Part shown: one piece after another, positions 53,521 through 60,926 of the stretch
How the letters are laid out: every line of letters starts with the position of its first letter
Position numbering within the stretch: position 1 is the stretch's first letter
From: Candidatus Pacearchaeota archaeon
Lineage (GTDB): Archaea > Nanobdellota > Nanobdellia > Pacearchaeales > GW2011-AR1
DNA length: 64,000 bases
Direction: 5' to 3'
NCBI GenBank assembly: GCA_002688415.1
Contig: NZCX01000030.1
Coordinates: forward strand, 1,782-65,781
Notes under the pieces: generated by a model
Database searches by the model: none
What the model was told of the DNA's origin: nothing
Seen by the model: only the letters and a program-made list of their open reading frames with translations
Made by a program: the position numbers and the translations under genes

Positions 53521-55014
53521 ATGGAAAAGTTCAAAGAACTAGGACTGAATCAAGGACTCCTTGATGCTATCAAAGCAAAAGGAATCACAGATCCTACCGA
53601 AATACAAGAGAAAGCAATCCCTCTAGCCTTAGCAGGAGAAGATATTGTAGGAGGATCGGCAACAGGTTCAGGAAAAACTTTAGCATTCTCAGCTCCAATA
53701 ATCCAAAACCTAAAACCAGGAAACTTCCCAAAAGCATTAATTCTAACACCAACAAGAGAACTAGCCGAACAAGTAGCAGATGCATTCAAAGACTTCTCAA
53801 AAGAACACAAATTAAGAGTTACAAAAGTATACGGCGGAGTTTCAATAAACCCTCAAATAAAATCTCTTGAAAAATGTGATGTTGTTGTTGGAACACCTGG
53901 AAGAATATTAGACCACCTAAACAGAGGGACATTAAACCTTAGAGAAATAGAATTCATAGTTTTAGACGAAGCAGATAGAATGTTCGATATGGGTTTCCAT
54001 CATGACGTAGAAAAGATAATCAAAAATTGTCCAGACAAAAGACAAACTTTACTATTCTCCGCAACAATAACAAGAGAAATCGGACACCTAATTGACAAAT
54101 ACACAAAAAACCCAAAAACAATCGCAGTAAAAAGTTATATTGACGCATCAAAACTAAAACAAATCTACCACGATGTAGATAACAGACAAAAATTCTCTTT
54201 ACTAGTTCACTTACTAAGAAATGAAAGTCAAAAACTAGTGATGGTTTTCTGTAACACAAGAATGATCGTTGATTTTGTTGAAAAAAACTTAAGAAAATGT
54301 GGAATTCAAGCAAGAGCAATCCATGGTGGTTTAAGCCAAAACCAAAGAACAAGAGTTTTAGGAGATTTTCATGGAGAAAAAGTTGACGTTTTAGTTTGTA
54401 CAGATGTTGCAGCAAGAGGTTTGGACATAAAAGGAATAAGTCATGTTTACAATTACGACCTACCTTCTGTAAGTGAAGATTACGTTCATAGAATTGGAAG
54501 AACAGCAAGAGCTGGAGATGACGGTATAGCAATAAGTTTACTTTCAGATAGAGATTATGATAATTTTAGAAGAGTTCAAAGAAATGAGAACCTAAAGATT
54601 GAAAGATTAGATCTCCCAGAATTCGTACCAATCAGAGTAGAAATGATCAGAAGAGGAAATGGACGTGATGGAAGAGGCGGAAACAGCTCAAGAGGCAGAG
54701 GCCGTGGAAGAGAAGGAAGCCGTGGTGGAAGTTTTAGCAGAGGACGATCAAGTTCTGGTGGCTCAAGAGGTGGTAGTTTTAGTCGTGGTAGATCAAGCTC
54801 TGGACCAAGGAGAAGTTCAGGTGGAAGAGACTCAGGTCCTGGAAGACGAGGAAGAATGAATGCTAGTAGAGACGGAGATTCAAGAGGCGGTTCACGTGGT
54901 GGTCGATCAGGTGGATTTTCAAGAGGACGATCAAGTTCTGGTGGCTCAAGAGGCGGCCCTAGAAGAAACAACGGCGGAAGACCAAGATCAAGTTCTGGAA
55001 GCTTTAGAAGATAA
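53521..55014 (+). CDS. DEAD-box ATP-dependent RNA helicase with RGG/SR-rich C-terminal tail
   Basis: Q-motif region, motif I GSATGSGKT, Ia PTRELA, II VLDEADRM, III SAT, VI HRIGRTARAG. The last roughly 120 aa are R/G/S repeats. Confidence 0.95.
   Translation: MEKFKELGLNQGLLDAIKAKGITDPTEIQEKAIPLALAGEDIVGGSATGSGKTLAFSAPIIQNLKPGNFPKALILTPTRELAEQVADAFKDFSKEHKLRVTKVYGGVSINPQIKSLEKCDVVVGTPGRILDHLNRGTLNLREIEFIVLDEADRMFDMGFHHDVEKIIKNCPDKRQTLLFSATITREIGHLIDKYTKNPKTIAVKSYIDASKLKQIYHDVDNRQKFSLLVHLLRNESQKLVMVFCNTRMIVDFVEKNLRKCGIQARAIHGGLSQNQRTRVLGDFHGEKVDVLVCTDVAARGLDIKGISHVYNYDLPSVSEDYVHRIGRTARAGDDGIAISLLSDRDYDNFRRVQRNENLKIERLDLPEFVPIRVEMIRRGNGRDGRGGNSSRGRGRGREGSRGGSFSRGRSSSGGSRGGSFSRGRSSSGPRRSSGGRDSGPGRRGRMNASRDGDSRGGSRGGRSGGFSRGRSSSGGSRGGPRRNNGGRPRSSSGSFRR
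54739..54953 (+). repeat. Exact 32-bp direct repeat inside the helicase tail
   Basis: AGAGGACGATCAAGTTCTGGTGGCTCAAGAGG occurs at 54739-54770 and again at 54922-54953. A diverged third unit lies between them. It encodes RGRSSSGGSRG. Confidence 0.9.
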
Positions 55015-55068
55015 AACTATACACCAGAGAACACATTTATTTTTAAAGGTTAAGCCATTTCAACATGA

Positions 55069-55512
55069 ATGACAGATTTAATCCATGGAAAAGATGACTA
55101 TAGGATAAGAAACCCTAACAAAGAGCATGAGAATTTCTATCCATGTATGTATGTTAGAGATGAAATAATAAGGGACGCAGGAGAGTGGCATTTATTTGCA
55201 GGAATTTGGAGCAAGGGATGTCTTCTAAGGGTAAGGGTCCCTGTCGAAGGATTTAAGGATTTGGGGCGAGACATTTTGGAATCTGAGAGGTTGGTAGCAA
55301 AAGTTGTTACATTCACCAAAAGTGAGAGATCTGGAAATGGAGAAGAGTTAGTCAATACATTTATTGAAGAGGCATATAATTTGATAAGAAATTCGGGCTC
55401 ACGAACAAGTACAATTAGAGAAGATGCTGAAAACCTTGCGGGCATCTATGGCATTCAAGACGAAAAAGCTAGACTAAGAATAATTATAGACCATGCCAAA
55501 CATACTGATTAA
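55069..55512 (+). CDS. Hypothetical protein
   Basis: 147 aa. TTTTTAAA at 55040-55047 starts 29 nt before the ATG. No motif recognised. Confidence 0.55.
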   Translation: MTDLIHGKDDYRIRNPNKEHENFYPCMYVRDEIIRDAGEWHLFAGIWSKGCLLRVRVPVEGFKDLGRDILESERLVAKVVTFTKSERSGNGEELVNTFIEEAYNLIRNSGSRTSTIREDAENLAGIYGIQDEKARLRIIIDHAKHTD

Positions 55513-55535
55513 CAAGAGAGACGGTATTTATTTTT

Positions 55536-55859
55536 ATGAAAAAACCTCTAACAAGAAGCCAAGTTGAAAGTCTTCTTGAAAAAGACATTGTCTGTGATAC
55601 CCTAAGAAGATTAGGTGAAAAAGCTAAAAGGTGGACTGGAGGGGGAGCATTAAACCACCGTGTAGTCGCAGTAGGATTTTTAGCAGAAACAGGTGCAAGA
55701 AATATCTCGGAGGGATTTACCCCGATCAAGTCAAAGGCTACATTTAGTGAAATGAAAGCAGTAGATAGAGAAATGTACAAAGAAACATTAAATCTGATTT
55801 ACCCGATAATTAGGGCTGGAATTTACTCAAAACAAGCAGAAGTTCAGATCTATTTCTAA
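55536..55859 (+). CDS. Hypothetical protein
   Basis: 107 aa; probably co-transcribed with 55069-55512. No motif recognised. Confidence 0.45.
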   Translation: MKKPLTRSQVESLLEKDIVCDTLRRLGEKAKRWTGGGALNHRVVAVGFLAETGARNISEGFTPIKSKATFSEMKAVDREMYKETLNLIYPIIRAGIYSKQAEVQIYF

Positions 55860-56614
55860 AGCCCTAAAGAAAATAACCTGGTTCCTAAAAGAAAGAACGG
55901 AAGGACAATCTGAAAGAATAGCCAGATAATCAAAAGCCAAACCCATATGCTCATACCCTGCCTTCTAGTTTTGGCGGGCTTCCCATCAGACCATCCACTT
56001 TCAAGAGGATCTTCAACCCTAGGGTTCTTGTGCATATAAAGTTTATAGAATATAATTGTCAGCATGCTTAATGTTCCATCAATGATTGCCATGGCCCCTA
56101 AAAGTCTAAAGAAGAAGGCTCCAAGTTGGGTAAAAGCATTTTCCATATAGATTATAGGCATCAACATAACAACAACTATTAACATGAAAAGATAATTAGC
56201 AAAAACAACACCATCAATATAGTTCTCCTTGTTAAGAGCCTTTGACAAAATATCAGCATGAAGGGCAGCAAATCCAAAAACAAAGAAAGTCCTATATGTC
56301 TCCCAAACAGTTTCACTAGAGAAAATATCCCAGATGCCAAAGATAGAGGTAAAGAAACTTACCACAATCAGAATAAATACAACATTAATGAAGAAAGACA
56401 GCCTGTCAAAAGTTCCTTTCCTTTCGTCGTCCCATATAAAACAGAGAGCGACAAGGGAATGAAGAATAACAATAAAGAGTGTCCATAAAACCCTAGCGGC
56501 GGTCTCTGTAAAGTCTCCAACCAAAACAGAAACAACAGCAACAACTGCAGAAACAACTAAAGCCAAAATCATATTATATATAAAGAACTTTTTGAATTCA
56601 GCAAAGTCTATCAT
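55856..56614 (-). CDS. Polytopic membrane protein, unknown function
   Basis: 252 aa with about 7 hydrophobic segments. CTTATAAA (plus 56643-56636) starts 29 nt before the ATG. Confidence 0.65.
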   Translation of the reverse strand: MIDFAEFKKFFIYNMILALVVSAVVAVVSVLVGDFTETAARVLWTLFIVILHSLVALCFIWDDERKGTFDRLSFFINVVFILIVVSFFTSIFGIWDIFSSETVWETYRTFFVFGFAALHADILSKALNKENYIDGVVFANYLFMLIVVVMLMPIIYMENAFTQLGAFFFRLLGAMAIIDGTLSMLTIIFYKLYMHKNPRVEDPLESGWSDGKPAKTRRQGMSIWVWLLIIWLFFQIVLPFFLLGTRLFSLGL

Positions 56615-56644
56615 ATTATACTTTTAACTTAGATATTTATAAGG

Positions 56645-57319
56645 TTATGCTTTATTAAAACCGCGATATCTGTTTAAGCTACTCAAAAATCCAGAAGGCT
56701 CCATTCGCGTTTCTTTTTTAGATGCCCCATCCTTTCCGAATACAATGTCTGATGAAGCCCAAAATGGAAGCACACCCATACAAACTCCTGCACGTACAAC
56801 TTCTGCCCCAATATATGCAACATCCCTTACGGCTCTTTTAGAATTACCCTTTATATTATGAGGATAATTCTCATTGGCCCCTATTGTCACAAGAGAGATA
56901 ACTGGAAGAGCACGATTATAGATGGAGTTTCTATGATCCCTCTCCATCGGGATAAGGGTTTCTACGCCGTGGGTGAACTGAGAGGATTTTCTTTTTGCTA
57001 GGCCGGATTGTCTTGGTAATTTCGAAATTGCATTCTTAAATGTGTCTTCCCGGTCACGACCATTCCGAAGTTGACCAATGAAGTCGCCTACAGCATGAGA
57101 ATAGTCAAATCCTTCCATATGTCTATAAAATCTGCCTCCTTTGAAGAAGTGTTCTTCGTGGAGGTAGGCTAATGCAATGCGTGGCTTAGTTTTCCAGTGA
57201 AGAATATTTCTTGTTTCTAATGTAAGCTCACGATCTAATTCCTCAAGACCTTCATCAATCCTTTTATCAAACATATGTTGAACCTGCATCCTAAATCGCT
57301 CTTGAGGAGTATGTCCCAT
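56645..57319 (-). CDS. Hypothetical protein
   Basis: 224 aa. CTTAAAAG (plus 57348-57341) starts 29 nt before the ATG. No motif recognised. Confidence 0.55.
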   Translation of the reverse strand: MGHTPQERFRMQVQHMFDKRIDEGLEELDRELTLETRNILHWKTKPRIALAYLHEEHFFKGGRFYRHMEGFDYSHAVGDFIGQLRNGRDREDTFKNAISKLPRQSGLAKRKSSQFTHGVETLIPMERDHRNSIYNRALPVISLVTIGANENYPHNIKGNSKRAVRDVAYIGAEVVRAGVCMGVLPFWASSDIVFGKDGASKKETRMEPSGFLSSLNRYRGFNKA

Positions 57320-57379
57320 TTATCTTTGAATGATTTCCAGCTTTTAAGAATTATTATACTAGAATATACAATGTTTTAC

Positions 57380-57562
57380 CTATTCTTTCTTCTGAGTCAA
57401 ATCAACGCCAAGTTCCTTAAGCCTATTTGCATGCGCTTGGATACTGCCTTCAACAACCTGAAGCATTTGCATAAGACCTTCTCTTTCTTTGATCAAAGTC
57501 GTAAGTGAACCCTGTAAGAAAGGAACTTCTTGTTCTTTCGGAATCTCATTTTTTTCTGCCAT
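57380..57562 (-). CDS. Small helical (coiled-coil-like) protein, 60 aa
   Basis: CTTAAAAA (plus 57591-57584) starts 29 nt before the ATG, which supports expression despite the small size. Confidence 0.5.
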   Translation of the reverse strand: MAEKNEIPKEQEVPFLQGSLTTLIKEREGLMQMLQVVEGSIQAHANRLKELGVDLTQKKE

Positions 57563-57655
57563 AAGAATAAAGGATTTGGAAGGTTTTTAAGGATGTTGGT
57601 AAGATAGGTGTTGCAGAATATAAATTCTTAAAAAGAAAGTCAGCTGAACTTATAT

Positions 57656-58075
57656 ATGTCGATGGAAGGAGAAGTTTTTGTTTTTGAGCATTATGATGTT
57701 TATAGTAGAGATAGGCCATGCCTTGTTCCTTTGATAGTTGAGGGTGGAAAATTAAAAGAAATTCAAGAATTTGGGAGCACAGATCCACAGGAAATAACTT
57801 GGGGCGAAAGTGAGAGAAAACTTGCAGAGCTTTTACGCGAGAAAGGAATTGATTCTGTTTGGACTTGTGGGGGAGAGTGTATGTATGACGAGGTCTTAGA
57901 TTTTGTAACACATTTTAGCGGCGGAGAAGGAAAATACGCATTCCATTACGACCCTGTTGAGCGAGGAATCTCGGATGGAATAACTGTTCAGACATTTACA
58001 GGAGATAGAAGACTAAGTACTGAAGAAAGAAATGCTAAGTGGAAAGATCTTGCGGAGTTTCACGAAGGGGAATGA
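57656..58075 (+). CDS. Hypothetical protein
   Basis: 139 aa. CTTAAAAA at 57627-57634 starts 29 nt before the ATG. Preferred over the antisense ORF 57546-57911, which has implausible composition. Confidence 0.55.
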   Translation: MSMEGEVFVFEHYDVYSRDRPCLVPLIVEGGKLKEIQEFGSTDPQEITWGESERKLAELLREKGIDSVWTCGGECMYDEVLDFVTHFSGGEGKYAFHYDPVERGISDGITVQTFTGDRRLSTEERNAKWKDLAEFHEGE

Positions 58076-58136
58076 GGATTCTGTAAGAGAAGATGCAAAA
58101 GATAGTTTTTTAAATAAGTTAACCATATAAATTATA

Positions 58137-58463
58137 GTGAAAACAAAATCAATTCTTACAGAGATCAGTAAGATTGTTGTATTATTTCTAGCATTAGCAG
58201 TTCTAACTTACATGACCTTTGTCTCTGCATTCTATTGTGCATTTGACCCACACCTTCATGATTTCTCTCAGGAGTTAATGTGCTCCACGCTTAAGCCAAT
58301 AACATGGATAGCCCTCATTGGGTTCCCACTGATACCATTCGCAATATATTTTATTACAAAAAAGATTAATAAAAGATTTTCTTGGAAAGCCACGGGGATA
58401 TCGGCATTAGCGTTATTAATCCTAAGTGGCTTAATATATGCCTGGATAAGTTTAGTCCGTTAA
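58137..58463 (+). CDS. Small membrane protein (GTG start)
   Basis: 108 aa with 3 hydrophobic helices. TTTAAATA at 58109-58116 starts 28 nt before the GTG. Confidence 0.5.
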   Translation: MKTKSILTEISKIVVLFLALAVLTYMTFVSAFYCAFDPHLHDFSQELMCSTLKPITWIALIGFPLIPFAIYFITKKINKRFSWKATGISALALLILSGLIYAWISLVR

Positions 58464-58507
58464 GAGTATGGGCAAGGTTTATAAACCTAAATTTCAAATT
58501 AATTATA

Positions 58508-58533
58508 CCAATGATTAACCCTTGGTTATGAGG
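58508..58533 (+). promoter_or_regulatory. K-turn-like hairpin in the rpl7ae leader
   Basis: 5'-CC-AAU-GA-U-UAACC-CUU-GGUUA-U-GA-GG-3'. This gives a C-stem C508-G533 and C509-G532, a 3-nt bulge at 510-512, tandem G513.A531 and A514.G530, U515.U529, and then 5 Watson-Crick pairs capped by a CUU loop. TTTATAAA at 58478-58485 predicts a transcript 5' end near 58507. Confidence 0.5.
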
Positions 58534-58572
58534 CGGGAACGCTTCTAGATAACTAAACAAAAAATACAAAAA

Positions 58573-58869
58573 ATGGCAGATATTTACGAAATTGTAGAGA
58601 AAGCAAGTAAGACAGGAAAGGTCGAGAGAGGCGTAAATGAAGTAACAAAAGCAGTTGAGCGAGGAATCGCAAAAGCTATCGTTGTTGCTAGCGATGTTGA
58701 TCCAAAAGAATTAACACAACATTTACCAATCCTTTGTGAAGAGAAGAAAATCCAATTCTTTGAAGCAGATTCAAGAGAAAAGTTGGGTATCTCAGCACAA
58801 ATAAATAGACCTACTGCTGCAATCGCTATCATAGAAGTTGGCGAAGCAAAACTTGATTCTCTCAAATAA
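58573..58869 (+). CDS. rpl7ae: 50S ribosomal protein L7Ae (K-turn-binding protein), short 98-aa form
   Basis: RGVNEVTKAVERGIAKAIVVASDVDPKELTQHLPILCEEKKI matches the L7Ae core (NE.TK..ERG.AKLV..A.DV.P.E...HLP.LCEE). Confidence 0.85.
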   Translation: MADIYEIVEKASKTGKVERGVNEVTKAVERGIAKAIVVASDVDPKELTQHLPILCEEKKIQFFEADSREKLGISAQINRPTAAIAIIEVGEAKLDSLK

Positions 58870-58893
58870 ACAATCAAATTAACGGATTAAAGA

Positions 58894-59193
58894 ATGGCTA
58901 AGCAAGAACAAAAGAAAAAGCAAGAGAAATCGAAAGGAGCATCAAAAGGTAGTGAGAAACTTACAGAAGAAGGTGCAGTTCCAGCCATTGTTGAAGCCGC
59001 ATTAGGAAGAGGCGGAACAAGAGGAGAAATCACACAAGTTAAAGCAAGAATTCTACAAGGGAAAAACAAAGGAAAATCAATAAGAAGAAATGTCAGGGGA
59101 CCAATCGCAAAGAGAGATATTCTAATGTTAAGAGAAACAGAAATTGAAGCACGAAGAGTTGGCAAAAGAGTAAGACGGGGGTCACAAAGCTAA
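58894..59193 (+). CDS. rps28e: 30S ribosomal protein S28e with K/E-rich N-terminal extension
   Basis: Core PAIVEAALGRGGTRGEITQVKARIL...IRRNVRGPIAKRDILMLRETEIEARR matches S28e. About 25 extra N-terminal residues. Confidence 0.85.
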   Translation: MAKQEQKKKQEKSKGASKGSEKLTEEGAVPAIVEAALGRGGTRGEITQVKARILQGKNKGKSIRRNVRGPIAKRDILMLRETEIEARRVGKRVRRGSQS

Positions 59194-59194
59194 G

Positions 59195-59461
59195 ATGGAA
59201 AGACATTTAGACAAAGCAACACTATTAGGACTTGTTGAAGAATTATTCACCGTAAAAGACGAGTTACGAGAGGACGGGGTAGAAGTCGCTGGAAGCTCCA
59301 ACGAAGTGGCTATGAAAGTAGAGGCCATAGCAATTGCACGATCCTATGAGAAAGATCTGGAGTCCACAAAACAATATTCTTGTGAAGTTAATAAGAATGG
59401 CAGAAGGGAAAGTGAAGATGGTGGTTACGTTTTAAGAGTCCATAGGAGGACAAAGAGTTAA
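59195..59461 (+). CDS. Hypothetical small protein (88 aa) inside the r-protein operon
   Basis: Starts 1 nt after the rps28e stop. No motif recognised. Confidence 0.45.
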   Translation: MERHLDKATLLGLVEELFTVKDELREDGVEVAGSSNEVAMKVEAIAIARSYEKDLESTKQYSCEVNKNGRRESEDGGYVLRVHRRTKS

Positions 59462-59462
59462 A

Positions 59463-59687
59463 ATGACATTCTCAAAAGAAGAAATTACCAGGGCATATCA
59501 TGCTGCAAAATTTGCCGCACATTACGTAATACCCGGCGTCTCTCACGGGGGTGCTGCTTCATTTGGGACAATTTTCAAGGCGCTTGCGGGACACGAGGGA
59601 GCAGCGGTTCCGGTAGTTGAGCACTATGATCGAGAAACAGGAATATTATCAATAGCAGGAGGATTGTCTCAACATGCCACTATGTAG
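59463..59687 (+). CDS. Hypothetical small protein (74 aa) inside the r-protein operon
   Basis: Starts 1 nt after the previous stop and overlaps the rpl24e start by 14 nt. Visibly G+C-richer than its neighbours. Contains the AGGAGG (59657-59662) that serves rpl24e. Confidence 0.45.
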   Translation: MTFSKEEITRAYHAAKFAAHYVIPGVSHGGAASFGTIFKALAGHEGAAVPVVEHYDRETGILSIAGGLSQHATM

Positions 59688-59874
59688 CTTCTGCCGAAAG
59701 CAATATGAATTCCCAAGAGGAACAACAGTTATCCTAAAAGCGGGCGAAGCAAAGTTTTATTGTTCTAGCAAATGTAGAAAAAACAGTGAAATGGGAAGAA
59801 ATAATAAGAAAGTTAAGTGGATCAGAAAGAGCGATCAGGTAAAAGCAATGCATGCTAAGAAAAAGAAGAAATAA
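59674..59874 (+). CDS. rpl24e: 50S ribosomal protein L24e
   Basis: MPLCSFCRKQYEFPRGTTVILKAGEAKFYCSSKCRKN is the L24e zinc-ribbon N-terminus. 66 aa. Confidence 0.9.
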   Translation: MPLCSFCRKQYEFPRGTTVILKAGEAKFYCSSKCRKNSEMGRNNKKVKWIRKSDQVKAMHAKKKKK

Positions 59875-59936
59875 TTCCATATTTTCAGTTTTCTCGTCGA
59901 CAAACTTCAAAAATACCATAGAAATGTTTATAAAGC

Positions 59937-60926
59937 ATGAAGGTTTTTTTAAGGTATAAAAGAGGTCTAAACAATATGGATAAAGAAGATTCTGTGAAAA
60001 ATATCAAGGCTCTAAAGAGCCTTGGGGCCGTGCGTGACGAATTTGACATTATAGAACTATCCAAAAAGGTAAAGAGACAGGGAGATGTGTTGATTCTTTC
60101 AAAAGAGTTAAAGATAAAGCCTAGAATCCTTAAATCTGCTGTATATGAAGGAAGAATATTGTCCTTGTTGCCTGACATATCAAAAAGTAAAGCTGGAATT
60201 CTGGCTTCATTAAGAACAGATAGAGATGTGAGGAAATTTGCAAAAATCCATGATCTCGGGAGCATTTCAGCAAGAGAATTAATAAAAAAAGTAAGACTGT
60301 GGAATAAAAATCTTGAAGAAAATCCATTCAATCTGTTAACCAGAAAGGAACACGAGGTTATATTGGGTACTCTAATGGGAGATGCGAGCATCAGGAAGAG
60401 AGAAAGAAATTCTTGTTTGCGCTTTTCTCATTCGATAAAGCAAAAGGAGTACTGTAAGATCAAGAAAGAAATCCTTGAGAGTTTCAATCTGTCAGAGTTT
60501 AGGGAATATAAACGACTAAAAAAAAATGGGATCTTACATACTCTGGATTTTGCCACTAAGACCCATTCAGTTTTTAATTATTATAGGAATCTATTCTATT
60601 CAGAAGGAAAGAAGGTAATCACACAAGAAATTCTAAATCAACTCACTTCAAGAAGTTTGGCATTCTGGATTTGTGATGACGGTAGTTACTGCAAAAGTGG
60701 GAAATATATTATCCTTTGTACAAATTCTTTCTCATTTGAAGAGCATCAATTAATCCAAAGATTTTTCCTCAAGAAGTTTGGATTAAATCCAACTATTGGT
60801 TTTAGAGACAATAAGTATCACTACTTAAGGTTTAGTAAATCAGACACAGAAAAGCTTGTTAATATAGTAAAACCTTTTATACCCCCTTTCATGAATTATA
60901 AAATTGGAGTAACAAAAAATGTCTAA
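59937..60926 (+). CDS. LAGLIDADG-type homing endonuclease-like protein (329 aa) with N-terminal extension
   Basis: Motifs EVILGTLMGDASI and LAFWICDDGSY, about 100 aa apart (double-motif type). The start is uncertain (59937 or in-frame ATG 59976). The 3' end overlaps the gyrB start by 8 nt. Confidence 0.7.
   Translation: MKVFLRYKRGLNNMDKEDSVKNIKALKSLGAVRDEFDIIELSKKVKRQGDVLILSKELKIKPRILKSAVYEGRILSLLPDISKSKAGILASLRTDRDVRKFAKIHDLGSISARELIKKVRLWNKNLEENPFNLLTRKEHEVILGTLMGDASIRKRERNSCLRFSHSIKQKEYCKIKKEILESFNLSEFREYKRLKKNGILHTLDFATKTHSVFNYYRNLFYSEGKKVITQEILNQLTSRSLAFWICDDGSYCKSGKYIILCTNSFSFEEHQLIQRFFLKKFGLNPTIGFRDNKYHYLRFSKSDTEKLVNIVKPFIPPFMNYKIGVTKNV

Noticed and set aside
54576-55072. ORFs 54576-54971 (minus strand), 54659-54859 and 54860-55072 (plus strand, other frames) with P/L/E- or E/V/Q-rich products
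   Set aside because: They are alternative-frame or antisense readings of the repetitive RGG-tail DNA of the DEAD-box helicase. Their low-complexity composition is a by-product of the repeat.
57546-57911. 121-aa minus-strand ORF
   Set aside because: It overlaps two better-supported genes (57380-57562 and 57656-58075), each with an exactly spaced TATA. Its composition (L/S/H/Q/P-rich) looks non-coding.
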